Positions 1 to 11,935 of a stretch of DNA of 64,000 nucleotides are shown here, one piece after another (within the stretch, counting starts at the first letter, position 1; each line of letters starts with the position of its first letter). Source of the stretch: Escherichia coli (GTDB taxonomy: Bacteria > Pseudomonadota > Gammaproteobacteria > Enterobacterales > Enterobacteriaceae). The notes under the pieces are model-generated. The model had not been told where the DNA came from. It worked only from the letters and a program-made list of their open reading frames with translations, and made no database searches. The stretch lies in the NCBI RefSeq assembly GCF_030384885.1, contig NZ_CP128613.1; one strand, written 5' to 3'. The position numbers and the translations under genes were made by a program.

Positions 1-1261
1 CGAACTGGCTGCATACATGCCGGTTTCCGGTTCGTTTGCCACTTACGGTCAGAACTATGTTGAAGAAGGCTTTGGCTTTGCGCTGGGCTGGAACTACTGG
101 TACAACTGGGCTGTGACTATTGCCGTTGACCTGGTTGCTGCGCAGCTGGTTATGAGCTGGTGGTTCCCGGATACACCCGGTTGGATCTGGAGTGCGCTGT
201 TCCTCGGCGTTATCTTCCTGCTGAACTACATTTCGGTCCGTGGCTTTGGTGAAGCAGAATACTGGTTCTCACTGATCAAGGTTACGACGGTTATTGTCTT
301 TATTGTTGTCGGCGTGCTGATGATTATCGGTATCTTCAAAGGCGCACAGCCTGCGGGCTGGAGCAACTGGACAATCGGCGAAGCACCGTTTGCTGGTGGT
401 TTTGCGGCAATGATCGGCGTGGCAATGATTGTCGGCTTCTCTTTCCAGGGTACCGAGCTGATCGGTATTGCTGCAGGCGAGTCCGAAGATCCGGCGAAAA
501 ACATTCCACGCGCGGTACGTCAGGTGTTCTGGCGAATCCTGTTGTTCTATGTGTTCGCGATCCTGATCATCAGCCTGATTATTCCGTACACCGATCCGAG
601 CCTGCTGCGTAATGATGTGAAAGACATTAGCGTTAGCCCGTTCACCCTGGTATTCCAACACGCGGGTCTGCTCTCTGCGGCGGCGGTGATGAACGCTGTT
701 ATTCTGACGGCGGTGCTGTCAGCGGGTAACTCCGGTATGTATGCGTCTACTCGTATGTTGTACACCCTGGCGTGTGACGGTAAAGCGCCGCGCATTTTCG
801 CTAAATTGTCGCGTGGTGGCGTGCCGCGTAACGCGCTGTATGCGACGACGGTGATTGCCGGTCTGTGCTTCCTGACCTCGATGTTTGGTAACCAGACGGT
901 ATACCTGTGGTTGCTGAACACCTCTGGTATGACAGGCTTTATTGCCTGGCTGGGGATTGCGATTAGCCACTACCGCTTCCGTCGCGGTTACGTATTGCAG
1001 GGACACGACATTAACGATCTGCCGTACCGTTCAGGCTTCTTCCCACTGGGGCCGATCTTCGCATTCATTCTGTGTCTGATTATTACTTTGGGCCAGAACT
1101 ACGAAGCGTTCCTGAAAGACACCATTGACTGGGGCGGCGTAGCGGCAACATATATTGGTATCCCGCTGTTCCTGATTATCTGGTTCGGATACAAGCTGAT
1201 TAAAGGAACTCACTTCGTACGCTACAGCGAAATGAAGTTCCCGCAGAACGATAAGAAATAA
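1..1261 (+). CDS. lysP: Lysine-specific permease, C-terminal ~420 aa; 5' end lies upstream of the window
   Basis: Reading frame is open from the window start (frame of pos 2) into ORF 17..1261; multi-TM amino acid permease sequence matching my recollection of LysP; conserved position upstream of cirA. Confidence 0.85.
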   Translation, partial: ELAAYMPVSGSFATYGQNYVEEGFGFALGWNYWYNWAVTIAVDLVAAQLVMSWWFPDTPGWIWSALFLGVIFLLNYISVRGFGEAEYWFSLIKVTTVIVFIVVGVLMIIGIFKGAQPAGWSNWTIGEAPFAGGFAAMIGVAMIVGFSFQGTELIGIAAGESEDPAKNIPRAVRQVFWRILLFYVFAILIISLIIPYTDPSLLRNDVKDISVSPFTLVFQHAGLLSAAAVMNAVILTAVLSAGNSGMYASTRMLYTLACDGKAPRIFAKLSRGGVPRNALYATTVIAGLCFLTSMFGNQTVYLWLLNTSGMTGFIAWLGIAISHYRFRRGYVLQGHDINDLPYRSGFFPLGPIFAFILCLIITLGQNYEAFLKDTIDWGGVAATYIGIPLFLIIWFGYKLIKGTHFVRYSEMKFPQNDKK

Positions 1262-1281
1262 GTTTCCTCCCTTCCTTGCTA

Positions 1282-1308
1282 AGCCCTCTCAACCGAGAGG
1301 GCTTTTTC
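1282..1308 (+). terminator. Rho-independent terminator of lysP
   Basis: GC-rich hairpin agccctctc-aacc-gagagggct followed by TTTTT directly after the lysP stop. Confidence 0.7.
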
Positions 1309-1357
1309 AATTCTATTTCCCTGACAAATCATGCGGATATAAATTTTAACATTTGGA

Positions 1358-1386
1358 TTGATAATTGTTATCGTTTGCATTATCGT
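1358..1386 (+). promoter_or_regulatory. Fur box(es) in cirA promoter
   Basis: tgataattgttatcgtttgcattatcgtta resembles the Fur consensus GATAATGATAATCATTATC; cirA is a classical Fur-repressed gene. Confidence 0.6.
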
Positions 1387-1553
1387 TACGCCGAAATCAA
1401 AAAAGGCTGACAAATCAGGGGCTGTTCCGGCTTTCTGGGATGATCACCTGCATACAAATAAGTCCACCGCGATGCTGCCGTACGCAAGGGGACGTGAAGA
1501 AGATGTGAGCGATAACCCATTTTATTTTCGTAGTTACCTCATGGAGATATGGA

Positions 1554-3533
1554 ATGTTTAGGTTGAACCCCTTCGTACGGGTCGGGCTGTGTTTGTCCGC
1601 TATTTCTTGTGCATGGCCTGTGTTAGCGGTCGATGATGATGGCGAAACGATGGTTGTCACCGCATCTTCCGTTGAGCAAAACCTTAAAGATGCACCCGCC
1701 AGTATCAGCGTCATTACCCAGGAAGACCTGCAGCGAAAACCGGTACAGAATCTGAAGGATGTCCTCAAAGAAGTGCCTGGCGTACAACTGACGAACGAAG
1801 GGGATAACCGTAAGGGCGTTAGTATTCGTGGTCTGGACAGCAGCTACACCCTGATTCTCGTCGACGGTAAACGCGTTAACTCCCGCAATGCCGTCTTCCG
1901 CCACAATGATTTCGATCTGAACTGGATCCCGGTCGATTCCATCGAACGTATTGAAGTGGTCCGTGGCCCGATGTCGTCGCTGTACGGTTCCGATGCGCTC
2001 GGCGGTGTCGTCAACATCATCACCAAGAAGATCGGTCAGAAATGGGCAGGCACAGTAACTGTTGACACCACCATTCAGGAACATCGCGATCGCGGTGATA
2101 CCTATAACGGTCAGTTCTTTACCAGCGGACCATTAATTGACGGCGTGCTGGGAATGAAAGCTTACGGCAGCCTGGCAAAACGTGAAAAGGATGACCCACA
2201 AAACTCAACGACCACCGATACCGGAGAAACGCCGCGTATTGAAGGATTCTCCAGCCGCGACGGCAATGTGGAATTTGCCTGGACACCGAATCAAAATCAC
2301 GATTTTACTGCCGGATACGGTTTTGACCGTCAGGATCGTGATTCCGACTCGCTGGACAAAAACCGCCTGGAACGTCAGAACTACTCCGTCAGCCATAATG
2401 GGCGTTGGGATTACGGCACCAGCGAACTGAAATACTACGGTGAGAAAGTCGAAAACAAAAACCCTGGCAACAGCAGCCCGATAACTTCCGAAAGCAATAC
2501 GGTCGACGGCAAATACACGTTGCCGTTGACGGCGATTAATCAGTTTCTCACGGTTGGCGGTGAATGGCGTCACGACAAACTTAGCGATGCGGTGAACCTG
2601 ACCGGGGGAAGCAGCTCCAAAACGTCTGCCAGCCAGTACGCGCTGTTTGTGGAAGATGAATGGCGGATCTTCGAGCCGCTGGCGCTGACGACCGGCGTAC
2701 GTATGGACGATCATGAAACCTACGGTGAACACTGGAGTCCTCGTGCCTACCTGGTTTATAACGCCACCGACACCGTAACGGTGAAAGGGGGCTGGGCGAC
2801 GGCATTTAAAGCGCCTTCTCTGTTGCAACTTAGCCCTGACTGGACGAGCAATTCCTGCCGTGGCGCATGCAAGATTGTGGGTAGCCCGGATCTGAAACCT
2901 GAAACCAGCGAAAGTTGGGAGCTGGGGCTTTACTACATGGGTGAAGACGGCTGGCTGGAAGGGGTGGAGTCCAGCGTGACCGTTTTCCGTAACGATGTGA
3001 AAGATCGCATCAGCATCAGCCGTACGTCTGACGTCAATGCTGCACCGGGCTACCAAAACTTTGTCGGTTTTACAGCGGACGGTGTGCCAGTATTCAGCTA
3101 CTACAACGTTAACAAAGCACGTATTCAGGGCGTGGAAACCGAACTGAAAATTCCGTTCAACGATGAATGGAAACTGTCGATCAACTACACCTACAACGAT
3201 GGTCGTGATGTCAGCAACGGCGAAAACAAACCGTTGTCCGATCTGCCGTTCCATACCGCTAACGGTACGCTGGACTGGAAACCGCTGGCGCTGGAAGACT
3301 GGTCATTCTATGTTTCTGGTCACTATACCGGGCAGAAACGCGCCGACAGCGCGACGGCTAAAACTCCGGGCGGTTATACCATCTGGAATACCGGCGCGGC
3401 CTGGCAGGTGACCAAAGACGTCAAACTGCGTGCGGGTGTGCTGAACCTTGGCGACAAGGATCTCAGTCGTGACGACTACAGCTATAACGAAGACGGACGT
3501 CGTTACTTTATGGCAGTGGATTATCGCTTCTGA
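1554..3533 (+). CDS. cirA: TonB-dependent catecholate siderophore / colicin I receptor
   Basis: 659-aa ORF; N-terminal signal peptide, TonB box region (ETMVVTA) and C-terminal ...AVDYRF beta-barrel terminus; matches recalled CirA sequence. Confidence 0.95.
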   Translation: MFRLNPFVRVGLCLSAISCAWPVLAVDDDGETMVVTASSVEQNLKDAPASISVITQEDLQRKPVQNLKDVLKEVPGVQLTNEGDNRKGVSIRGLDSSYTLILVDGKRVNSRNAVFRHNDFDLNWIPVDSIERIEVVRGPMSSLYGSDALGGVVNIITKKIGQKWAGTVTVDTTIQEHRDRGDTYNGQFFTSGPLIDGVLGMKAYGSLAKREKDDPQNSTTTDTGETPRIEGFSSRDGNVEFAWTPNQNHDFTAGYGFDRQDRDSDSLDKNRLERQNYSVSHNGRWDYGTSELKYYGEKVENKNPGNSSPITSESNTVDGKYTLPLTAINQFLTVGGEWRHDKLSDAVNLTGGSSSKTSASQYALFVEDEWRIFEPLALTTGVRMDDHETYGEHWSPRAYLVYNATDTVTVKGGWATAFKAPSLLQLSPDWTSNSCRGACKIVGSPDLKPETSESWELGLYYMGEDGWLEGVESSVTVFRNDVKDRISISRTSDVNAAPGYQNFVGFTADGVPVFSYYNVNKARIQGVETELKIPFNDEWKLSINYTYNDGRDVSNGENKPLSDLPFHTANGTLDWKPLALEDWSFYVSGHYTGQKRADSATAKTPGGYTIWNTGAAWQVTKDVKLRAGVLNLGDKDLSRDDYSYNEDGRRYFMAVDYRF

Positions 3534-3540
3534 TGCGAAG

Positions 3541-3567
3541 ATGCCCGGCGTCGATCCCGCCGGGCAT
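3541..3567. terminator. Hairpin between convergent cirA and transporter gene (probable bidirectional terminator)
   Basis: Inverted repeat atgcccggcg-tcgatc-cgccgggcat between two convergent stop codons. Confidence 0.5.
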
Positions 3568-3591
3568 AATTCCAGAAATTCGCTTCTGGCT

Positions 3592-4914
3592 TTATAACCG
3601 ATGAAATTTTGCCAGTAAGGCCAGTGAAAATGTTGTCAGCAAAATGGTAATGACTGCGTAAATATACACTCCTGACCATTCCCAACTGTTTTTCACCATA
3701 ATAACTGGAAGCCCTGCCATTGCCGCGCCTAAATAACTAAACAAGCCCCTGAATCCAGTAATGGAACCTGCCGCATCTTTATGCGTAACATCAAGACACC
3801 CGACAGCGAATAACATATGCGGTCCATACAATGCAAACCCCATGATTGTAAACAGAATAGCCGTTAATGTGTAGGAGACGTCCTGCACCAGCGGTACGAG
3901 AACGATGCAAATACATAAAGCGATGGCAAAGATTAATCCGGTCATCCAGCGGTTACTTTTAAACATGAAATCGGACAAGTACCCCGCCAGTAATCCCCCA
4001 GCAAGTCCACCTGCTTCAAACCAGGATATAATGGAGTTCGCTTTAATCAGGCTCCAGTTATGAACCTGAGAATAATAAATTTGTGGCCAGTCATTGAGGA
4101 TGGTGCGTGCAATATAGACCGACATATCCCCGAGGATAATGAGCCAAACTAATGGGTTGGTAAGAATATATTTAACGAATATTTGCCAAAAACTGAGATC
4201 AACCGGACTTGCTTTAACTTGTGCAAGTTCTGTCGGGTCGTTGCGCCACTTACCGACGTTAGGCAAACCGAGCGTGCCGGGACGATCTTTTATCGTAAAC
4301 AAGGCAACAATCCCCATAATCAGTGAGATTACACCCGGAACATAAAAGCCCATCTTCCAGCTGCCACTAAAAGCAATAGCAAAGCTTGTCAGGAGAGGCG
4401 CAAGACTACCGCCAATATTATGCGCAGCTTCAACAACTGCCCACCAGCGTCCGCGTTCATTTTTCGAGAACCACGAGGCCATAATTTTTGCCATTGGCGG
4501 AAAACTGGTACCCTGGAGAATAGCATTAAGGCTATACAGGATATAGAACGCAGCAACGCTGTCTGAAAAACCGAAAAGAATGTTAACAATACCGACGCCA
4601 ATAAGTACGGGGCCAGTCATCGCTCGTGGGTTAATTTTATCGACTAACATGCCACCTACAAACTTCATGGAGCCATAAAGAATGTAAAAGACCGACGACA
4701 TGATAGCGAAATCTTGTGCGGTTAATGACGTATCCGTTAACATCGCTGGCATGGCCGCAGAGAAATTCTTGCGGGTTAAGTAAAATACGGCATAAGAGAT
4801 AAATACAGAGGTGATGATTTCAATGCGAAATTTTTTATAAGTATGATCAACTTCTTCTTTTGGTTTGACCACCGGTTGGTCGGCCTGGCTGAAAATAAAT
4901 TTTTTCAAACTCAT
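3592..4914 (-). CDS. MFS transporter of the organophosphate:Pi antiporter family (UhpT/GlpT/PgtP-like)
   Basis: 440-aa 12-TM protein; segments such as WQIFVKYILTNPLVWL align to recalled UhpT (WQIFVEYVLKNKVIWL); AT-rich, part of inserted island. Confidence 0.75.
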   Translation of the reverse strand: MSLKKFIFSQADQPVVKPKEEVDHTYKKFRIEIITSVFISYAVFYLTRKNFSAAMPAMLTDTSLTAQDFAIMSSVFYILYGSMKFVGGMLVDKINPRAMTGPVLIGVGIVNILFGFSDSVAAFYILYSLNAILQGTSFPPMAKIMASWFSKNERGRWWAVVEAAHNIGGSLAPLLTSFAIAFSGSWKMGFYVPGVISLIMGIVALFTIKDRPGTLGLPNVGKWRNDPTELAQVKASPVDLSFWQIFVKYILTNPLVWLIILGDMSVYIARTILNDWPQIYYSQVHNWSLIKANSIISWFEAGGLAGGLLAGYLSDFMFKSNRWMTGLIFAIALCICIVLVPLVQDVSYTLTAILFTIMGFALYGPHMLFAVGCLDVTHKDAAGSITGFRGLFSYLGAAMAGLPVIMVKNSWEWSGVYIYAVITILLTTFSLALLAKFHRL

Positions 4915-4946
4915 TGTGAGTTTCCTTTTCTGTGAACCTTATGGCG

Positions 4947-5834
4947 CTATAATTTTTCTTCTATAAAAAAGAGAAGCGACTCGAAACCATTAAAATTAAT
5001 CTGGTCAGCAATTTTTTCCCGGGTTTTAGGTTTTGCTTTCCATGCCACGCCATTTCCGGCATGCAAAAGCATAGGAATATCATTGGCACCATCTCCACAG
5101 GCAATGATGTTTTCACGGCAGATAGCTAACTCTGTCGCTAAATTTATCAGGGTTTGCTTTTTCTTTTCTGCATTCATAATAGGTAAGGTAATTGTATCAG
5201 TTAACAGATCTTCCTTAATGCGCACAGAGTTAGAAAATGCAAAATCAAGTTGATATTTTTCCTTCAATCGCTCAGTAAAAATATCCAAACCTCCAGATAT
5301 AATTGCCGTCTTGAATCCTTTTTCTTTTAGTATGGGAAGAATAGTTTCAAGACCTGGTGAAAGAGTCATCTGTTCACAAACTTGATGCAATATATCTTTA
5401 TGCGTTCCTTTAAGCATGGCAATTCGCCGGGTAAAACTGGTATCAAAATCGATTTTCCCTTCCATCGCTTCACGGGTCAGTGCGGTGATTTTTTCAGAGA
5501 TGCCGAGTCTACGGGCTATTTCATCGACACCTTCTTCTTCAACAAAGGTGGAATCCATATCAAAGGCAATAATTCCCTGATCCGGTAAGACCCTGGGTTT
5601 ACGGAAAAAATCAAACTGATGATTATCAGCACGGTGACGTAAACCAGCATAAAAAGCAGGGTTGGTAACATCATCTGGTAATACTAGCTTTAGATACTCT
5701 TTATTTATTTGCCCACTGTAATTCGTTGTTAGCGAAAACACCGAGGGGGAAATCTTTAAATGTTGCAGATAATCTTCCAGACATTTTTGGGTGATGTCGA
5801 TGCCTGTTGGCGACAAGAAATAAATAATCGTCAT
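4947..5834 (-). CDS. HAD-family phosphatase, phosphoserine phosphatase (SerB)-like
   Basis: 295 aa; HAD motif I FDMDST, motif III K...GG, motif IV GDGANDIPML as in SerB. Confidence 0.75.
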   Translation of the reverse strand: MTIIYFLSPTGIDITQKCLEDYLQHLKISPSVFSLTTNYSGQINKEYLKLVLPDDVTNPAFYAGLRHRADNHQFDFFRKPRVLPDQGIIAFDMDSTFVEEEGVDEIARRLGISEKITALTREAMEGKIDFDTSFTRRIAMLKGTHKDILHQVCEQMTLSPGLETILPILKEKGFKTAIISGGLDIFTERLKEKYQLDFAFSNSVRIKEDLLTDTITLPIMNAEKKKQTLINLATELAICRENIIACGDGANDIPMLLHAGNGVAWKAKPKTREKIADQINFNGFESLLFFIEEKL

Positions 5835-5927
5835 TTACCGCTCCTTTTTATCTGCAATGATTATAATAAGATTTCATAGAGGCTGATGTATCTGACAATC
5901 ACAGTTGTGAATGTTAAATAAAAGATA

Positions 5928-5991
5928 AAAAAGTACTTTTTTTGATACTTTGAAATAATAAGATACTAAAAGTACCATTTTTGATATCTTT
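5928..5991. promoter_or_regulatory. Pair of ~23-bp imperfect direct repeats in divergent promoter region of the island (candidate operator)
   Basis: aaaagtactttttttgatacttt (5928-5950) and aaaagtaccatttttgatatcttt (5968-5991) in the AT-rich gap between divergent operons. Confidence 0.4.
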
Positions 5992-6044
5992 ACCAGGATA
6001 TAAAGAATAACTATTTTTCAACGTTGAAGGAATCATTTAAAAAT

Positions 6045-7397
6045 ATGGAAAGCTGCATAGATATATTCAAGATAGTTATTGGTCCATCCAGTTCCCGCAC
6101 AGTCGGGCCAATGCGTGCGGCTTATAATTTTGTGTCACAATTGAAACAGCAAGAAATGTTACCTTTGTTGCGGAAAATTGATGTCGAACTTTATGGTGCG
6201 CTGTCATTAAGCCGCAAGTGCCATAATGTTGATGTGGCGATTTATCTCGGTTTGCAAGGACACTTACCTGACAGCGTTGACATTCGCATGGAAATGTCCG
6301 CCATCAGGCGTGCAGAAACTGAGGCGACGCTGGAAGTTATGCCTGGTGTCAACGTCAGTGTATCCATTCTTTCTAATCTACAAGCGCATCCGGGGCACCC
6401 TTATGCGATGACATTTCGTGCCAGAGATGACTGGTTTACACTTTATGAAGAAACCTGGTTTTCTATCGGCGACGGTCAAGTGCTAAAAGCAGGAGAGGCG
6501 ATTATTCCTCCATCAGTCACTCCACATCCTTTTGAATTCCAGAACGCAAACGAATTATTAAAACTTTGTCAGCAAAACGGATTATCTGTCGCGGCATTAA
6601 TGATGAAAAACGAACTGCACTGCCAGACAGCAGCTTTTTTGCATGACGATCTTCATAAAAAATGGGAAGTAATGAAGGATGCGGTTTATCGCGGGATGCA
6701 TACAGAAGGATTACTTCCAGGTCCGTTTCAGGTTAACCGTCGTGCCTGTGCTTTATATAAATCGTTGCAGTCAAAGGGTTTTTCCAATGACTTCCTGACT
6801 GCGCTCAATTGGGTCAATACTTTTGCCATTGCGGTGAGCGAAGAAAATGCTGCGGGTGGACGTGTCGTGACAGCACCCACCAACGGCGCGAGCGGTATTA
6901 TCCCGGCTGTACTGTGCTGGTATGATAAATTCATTCACGAGCTTGATACATACTCCGTTACCCGCTTTTTACTGACCGCTGGTGCCATCGCCATTCTGTT
7001 CAAAAAAAATGCCTCTATTCTGGGTTCTGAAGTTGGATGTCAGGGGGAAATAGGTGTTGCCAGTTCAATGGCGGCAGCAGGATTAGCAGAACTTATGGGC
7101 GGGTCAGTGGCTCAGGTACTTAGCGCGGCAGAAATTGCGATGGAGCATCATTTAGGTTTGACCTGTGATCCAGTTGGCGGGCAGGTACAAATTCCTTGTA
7201 TTGAACGAAATGCTATTTCAGCTGTGAAAGCTATCAACGCAACGACGATGGCGTTGAGTCGCATAAGCGAGCCGTGCATTACGCTGGATGAGATAATTTC
7301 CGCGATGTATGAAACCGGAAAGGATATGAGCGCTAAATACCGTGAAACTTATCATGGCTGTCTGAGCAAATTGCAGCCAAGAAAAAAGGATGCGTAA
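6045..7397 (+). CDS. L-serine dehydratase (Fe-S, SdaA/SdaB family) homolog
   Basis: N-terminus [23 protein letters not shown] parallels SdaA [23 protein letters not shown]; ORF track start 6024 is a TTG, ATG at 6045 preferred. Confidence 0.8.
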   Translation: MESCIDIFKIVIGPSSSRTVGPMRAAYNFVSQLKQQEMLPLLRKIDVELYGALSLSRKCHNVDVAIYLGLQGHLPDSVDIRMEMSAIRRAETEATLEVMPGVNVSVSILSNLQAHPGHPYAMTFRARDDWFTLYEETWFSIGDGQVLKAGEAIIPPSVTPHPFEFQNANELLKLCQQNGLSVAALMMKNELHCQTAAFLHDDLHKKWEVMKDAVYRGMHTEGLLPGPFQVNRRACALYKSLQSKGFSNDFLTALNWVNTFAIAVSEENAAGGRVVTAPTNGASGIIPAVLCWYDKFIHELDTYSVTRFLLTAGAIAILFKKNASILGSEVGCQGEIGVASSMAAAGLAELMGGSVAQVLSAAEIAMEHHLGLTCDPVGGQVQIPCIERNAISAVKAINATTMALSRISEPCITLDEIISAMYETGKDMSAKYRETYHGCLSKLQPRKKDA

Positions 7398-7398
7398 G

Positions 7399-7788
7399 AT
7401 GAAATATAATACGATGAATAACAACGAAATTATTTTATCACTGTGCGCTCGCATTAAAGAAACGCGTATCTCATTATCATTGACCCAACAGCAGTTAGCC
7501 GAGCGTGCATTGGTGGGCATAGCAACGGTCAAGCGGATTGAAAAGGGGGGAAGTTTAAATCTTGATACTCTCATTTCTCTTCTGCGCGCGCTGAATAAAT
7601 TGCAAAATCTCGATGCCATATTGTTCGAAGCAGAAATGCGTAATTTCAACGAAAATAGTTCCAGCGGCGAAGGGGCAGGGCGACTACAGGTACGCCAGCA
7701 ACTGACAGATTTAAACCAGAAGTCTCCAGCCCCGCACGCAGATGACCATAATTTTAGTACGGCGCTGGAAAATACCCTCTGCTGGTGA
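7399..7788 (+). CDS. XRE-family helix-turn-helix transcriptional regulator
   Basis: HTH segment LSLTQQQLAERALVGIATVKRIEKG; start ambiguous (7390/7399/7414); overlaps end of upstream gene, stop abuts yeiG stop. Confidence 0.65.
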   Translation: MKYNTMNNNEIILSLCARIKETRISLSLTQQQLAERALVGIATVKRIEKGGSLNLDTLISLLRALNKLQNLDAILFEAEMRNFNENSSSGEGAGRLQVRQQLTDLNQKSPAPHADDHNFSTALENTLCW

Positions 7789-8658
<870 letters not shown>

Positions 8659-8882
8659 TCATCATACCGTTTATTCAATGTGCTGTGAGTAACTTTCACT
8701 TCCGTATATACATAACGATGTTTTAACATCTGCTGATGAAAGGCAGCGGCAATTACAATAATTATCGCTGTGAATACTGGATTATGTGCGCCGCCTCACG
8801 CACAATAATCAGGCTGTAAATCAGCTTAATAACTTTGCCCCCACGCAGGGCGGAGGCGTCACACCTGCAGGAGAAATCATAA

Positions 8883-9551
8883 ATGCCATCACTCAGTAAA
8901 GAAGCGGCCCTGGTTCATGAAGCGTTAGTTGCGCGAGGACTGGAAACACCGCTGCGCCCGCCCGTGCATGAAATGGATAACGAAACGCGCAAAAGCCTTA
9001 TTGCTGGTCATATGACCGAAATCATGCAGCTGCTGAATCTCGACCTGGCTGATGACAGTTTGATGGAAACGCCGCATCGCATCGCTAAAATGTATGTCGA
9101 TGAAATTTTCTCCGGTCTGGATTACGCCAATTTCCCGAAAATCACCCTCATTGAAAACAAAATGAAGGTCGATGAAATGGTTACCGTGCGCGATATCACC
9201 CTGACCAGTACCTGTGAACACCATTTTGTTACCATCGATGGCAAAGCGACGGTGGCTTATATCCCGAAAGATTCGGTGATCGGTCTGTCAAAAATTAACC
9301 GTATCGTGCAGTTCTTTGCCCAGCGTCCGCAGGTGCAGGAACGTCTGACGCAGCAAATTCTCATTGCGCTACAAACGCTGCTGGGCACCAATAACGTGGC
9401 TGTCTCTATCGATGCGGTACATTACTGCGTGAAGGCGCGTGGCATCCGCGATGCAACCAGTGCCACGACAACGACCTCTCTTGGTGGATTGTTCAAATCC
9501 AGTCAGAATACGCGCCACGAGTTTCTGCGCGCTGTGCGTCATCACAACTGA
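8883..9551 (+). CDS. folE: GTP cyclohydrolase I
   Basis: 222 aa, matches recalled FolE sequence. Confidence 0.95.
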
Positions 9552-9567
9552 TTAAAAGGCAGGAACC

Positions 9568-10725
9568 ATGGAGCGCAACGTCACGCTCGATTTTGTTCGC
9601 GGCGTCGCCATTCTGGGGATCCTGCTATTAAACATCAGCGCCTTTGGGTTACCAAAGGCGGCTTATCTCAATCCCGCCTGGTACGGCGCTATTACGCCGC
9701 AGGATGCATGGACCTGGGCATTACTCGATCTCATCGGTCAGGTGAAATTCCTCACGCTTTTTGCGTTGCTGTTTGGTGCTGGCCTGCAAATGTTGCTACC
9801 CCGTGGCAAACGCTGGATCCAGTCGCGGTTAACACTGTTAGTCTTGTTGGGCTTTATTCACGGTTTATTGTTCTGGGACGGCGATATTCTGTTGGCTTAC
9901 GGGCTGGTGGGCTTAATCTGTTGGCGGCTGGTGCGCGATGCGCCATCGGTAAAAAGCCTGTTTAATACCGGCGTCATGCTTTATCTGGTGGGGCTTGGCG
10001 TTTTGCTATTGTTGGGGTTGATTTCAGACAGTCAGACCAGCCGCGCCTGGACGCCGGATGCATCGGCTATTTTGTATGAAAAATACTGGAAGCTTCACGG
10101 CGGCGTTGAAGCGATCAGTAATCGTGCCGATGGTGTTGGCAACAGTTTACTGGCACTGGGCGCACAGTATGGCTGGCAACTGGCAGGGATGATGCTAATT
10201 GGCGCGGCGCTGATGCGCAGTGGCTGGCTGAAAGGACAGTTTAGCTTGCGCCATTATCGGCGTACCGGTTTTGTGCTGGTGGCGATTGGGGTGATCATTA
10301 ACCTTCCAGCGATCGCCCTGCAATGGCGGCTGGACTGGGCATATCGCTGGTGCGCCTTCTTACTTCAGATGCCGCGGGAACTGAGTGCGCCGTTTCAGGC
10401 GGTTGGCTATGCGTCGCTGTTTTATGGTTTCTGGCCGCAATTGAGCCGCTTTAAGCTGGTGCTCGCGATCGCCTGCGTCGGACGGATGGCGCTGACCAAC
10501 TATCTATTGCAAACGCTGATTTGTACCACGCTTTTTTATCACCTCAGTTTGTTTATGCAGTTTGACCGTCTGGAATTGCTGGCGTTTGTTATTCCGGTAT
10601 GGCTGGCGAATATTCTCTTCTCTGTTATCTGGCTGCGTTACTTCCGTCAGGGGCCGGTGGAATGGCTCTGGCGTCAGTTAACTTTACGTGCTGCCGGACC
10701 TGCATTATCTAAAACATCAAGATAA
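9568..10725 (+). CDS. yeiB: DUF418-family inner membrane protein
   Basis: 385-aa polytopic membrane protein in conserved position after folE. Confidence 0.85.
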   Translation: MERNVTLDFVRGVAILGILLLNISAFGLPKAAYLNPAWYGAITPQDAWTWALLDLIGQVKFLTLFALLFGAGLQMLLPRGKRWIQSRLTLLVLLGFIHGLLFWDGDILLAYGLVGLICWRLVRDAPSVKSLFNTGVMLYLVGLGVLLLLGLISDSQTSRAWTPDASAILYEKYWKLHGGVEAISNRADGVGNSLLALGAQYGWQLAGMMLIGAALMRSGWLKGQFSLRHYRRTGFVLVAIGVIINLPAIALQWRLDWAYRWCAFLLQMPRELSAPFQAVGYASLFYGFWPQLSRFKLVLAIACVGRMALTNYLLQTLICTTLFYHLSLFMQFDRLELLAFVIPVWLANILFSVIWLRYFRQGPVEWLWRQLTLRAAGPALSKTSR

Positions 10726-10755
10726 CGATCTGGATCACATTCATTAACAAAATGG

Positions 10756-10790
10756 TTGTAACCGTTTCCATTGCTGTGACTCGATTCACG
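10756..10790 (+). promoter_or_regulatory. galS promoter: gal-type operator-like palindrome plus CRP site
   Basis: ttgtaaccgtttccat resembles GalR/GalS operator GTGTAAACGATTCCAC; tgtgactcgattcacg (10775-10790) fits CRP consensus TGTGA-N6-TCACA. Confidence 0.5.
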
Positions 10791-10866
10791 AAGTCCTGAA
10801 TTCAGTGCTGACAAAATAGCCGCCAGCAAGCAGGCATTTACTGCAATCTCATAACAGGTAGTGAAT

Positions 10867-11907
10867 ATGATCACCATTCGTGATGTAGCGCGTCAGGCTG
10901 GCGTCTCTGTGGCAACGGTTTCCCGGGTGCTCAATAACAGCACGCTGGTCAGTGCCGACACGCGTGAAGCAGTAATGAAAGCAGTGAGCGAGCTGGATTA
11001 TCGGCCAAACGCCAATGCCCAGGCGCTGGCAACTCAGGTTAGCGATACCATTGGCGTGGTGGTAATGGACGTTTCTGATGCGTTTTTCGGCGCGCTGGTA
11101 AAAGCGGTGGATCTCGTCGCCCAGCAGCACCAGAAATATGTGCTAATAGGTAATAGCTATCATGAAGCGGAAAAAGAGCGTCATGCCATTGAGGTGTTAA
11201 TTCGTCAGCGTTGTAACGCGTTGATTGTTCATTCAAAAGCGTTAAGCGATGATGAATTAGCGCAGTTTATGGATAACATTCCCGGTATGGTGTTAATCAA
11301 CCGCGTTGTGCCAGGTTACGCCCATCGTTGCGTTTGCCTGGATAATCTCAGTGGTGCCCGAATGGCCACGCGCATGTTGCTCAATAATGGTCATCAACGT
11401 ATTGGTTATCTTTCTTCCAGCCACGGTATTGAAGATGATGCCATGCGCAAAGCAGGCTGGATGAGTGCGTTGAAAGAGCAGGATATTATTCCGTCGGAAA
11501 GCTGGATTGGCACTGGCACCCCGGACATGCCAGGCGGTGAGGCGGCGATGGTTGAACTGCTGGGGCGCAATCTACAACTTACCGCTGTATTTGCATACAA
11601 CGACAATATGGCCGCTGGCGCACTGACGGCATTAAAAGATAATGGTATTGCGATTCCGTTACATCTCTCAATCATCGGTTTCGATGATATTCCCATCGCT
11701 CGTTACACCGACCCACAATTAACGACCGTGCGTTATCCCATTGCTTCGATGGCAAAATTAGCTACCGAACTGGCCTTACAAGGGGCAGCAGGCAACATTG
11801 ATCCTCACGCCAGCCACTGTTTTATGCCGACGTTAGTGCGTCGCCATTCTGTCGCAACGCGCCAGAATGCGGCAGCGATCACTAACTCAACAAATCAGTC
11901 GATGTAA
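10867..11907 (+). CDS. galS: LacI-family repressor of mgl/gal regulon
   Basis: N-terminal [26 protein letters not shown]; matches recalled GalS; track start 10861 is 2 codons upstream. Confidence 0.9.
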   Translation: MITIRDVARQAGVSVATVSRVLNNSTLVSADTREAVMKAVSELDYRPNANAQALATQVSDTIGVVVMDVSDAFFGALVKAVDLVAQQHQKYVLIGNSYHEAEKERHAIEVLIRQRCNALIVHSKALSDDELAQFMDNIPGMVLINRVVPGYAHRCVCLDNLSGARMATRMLLNNGHQRIGYLSSSHGIEDDAMRKAGWMSALKEQDIIPSESWIGTGTPDMPGGEAAMVELLGRNLQLTAVFAYNDNMAAGALTALKDNGIAIPLHLSIIGFDDIPIARYTDPQLTTVRYPIASMAKLATELALQGAAGNIDPHASHCFMPTLVRRHSVATRQNAAAITNSTNQSM

Positions 11908-11919
11908 CCGCTTTCAATC

Positions 11920-11935
11920 TGTGAGTGATTTCACA
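11920..11935 (+). promoter_or_regulatory. CRP-binding site upstream of mglB
   Basis: tgtgagtgatttcaca is a perfect TGTGA-N6-TCACA; followed by tgtaac-containing operator-like sequence (11961-11990). Confidence 0.5.

Noticed and set aside
1358-1561. 67-aa ORF upstream of cirA
   Set aside because: Overlaps the Fur-box promoter region and the cirA start; almost certainly not a gene.
2205-3254. 349-aa minus-strand ORF
   Set aside because: Antisense to cirA, whose identity is very well supported; no RBS context.
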